From NCBI GenBank assembly GCA_046484245.1, contig JAWOBN010000076.1, positions 1 through 28,119 on the forward strand: 28,119 bases of DNA. Direction: 5' to 3'. The DNA is from a bacterium (GTDB taxonomy: Bacteria; Hydrothermota; 32-111). Of the stretch, positions 28,094 through 28,119 are shown piece after piece. The notes beneath the pieces were generated by a model. That model was given only the letters and a program-made list of their open reading frames with translations, was not told where the DNA came from and searched no databases. Position 1 is the stretch's first letter. Every line of letters begins with the position of its first letter. Made by a program: the position numbers and the translations under genes.

Positions 28094-28119
28094 CTGTTCT
28101 CCAAATTACTGTTTAAGAA

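Overview
A 28 kb bacterial window, probably from an anaerobic diderm of the FCB group or a related candidate phylum (inferred from a gingipain-like protease with a T9SS-like tail plus fermentative enzymes). Positions 1-5050 are accessory-like: two gene pairs (GNAT + stand-alone LigD 3'-phosphoesterase; methyltransferase fusion + TauE/SafE) sit between three intergenic islands. All three islands are built from one shared, reshuffled set of short modules: 7-mer and 9-mer tandem runs, CCGGC hairpins, GTAG-REP-like palindromes and a recurring RTGAATAG motif. This modular repeat system is the most unusual signal in the window. Positions 5096-18369 form one tightly coupled + strand run: putative outer-membrane barrel, exported protein, C25 peptidase, DUF502, CorC-like, dnaE, purA, flippase and PhnP-like hydrolase. 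Positions 18373-21579 (- strand) hold secD, a secF with an extra ~130-aa Ig-like insert, and a cNMP-binding protein that may start at a non-AUG codon. A candidate structured RNA follows. The right end has an SSS transporter with 2-oxoacid:ferredoxin oxidoreductase (alpha, fused beta-gamma), convergent with ptb-buk. No integrase, transposase, CRISPR array, tRNA or rRNA was found.
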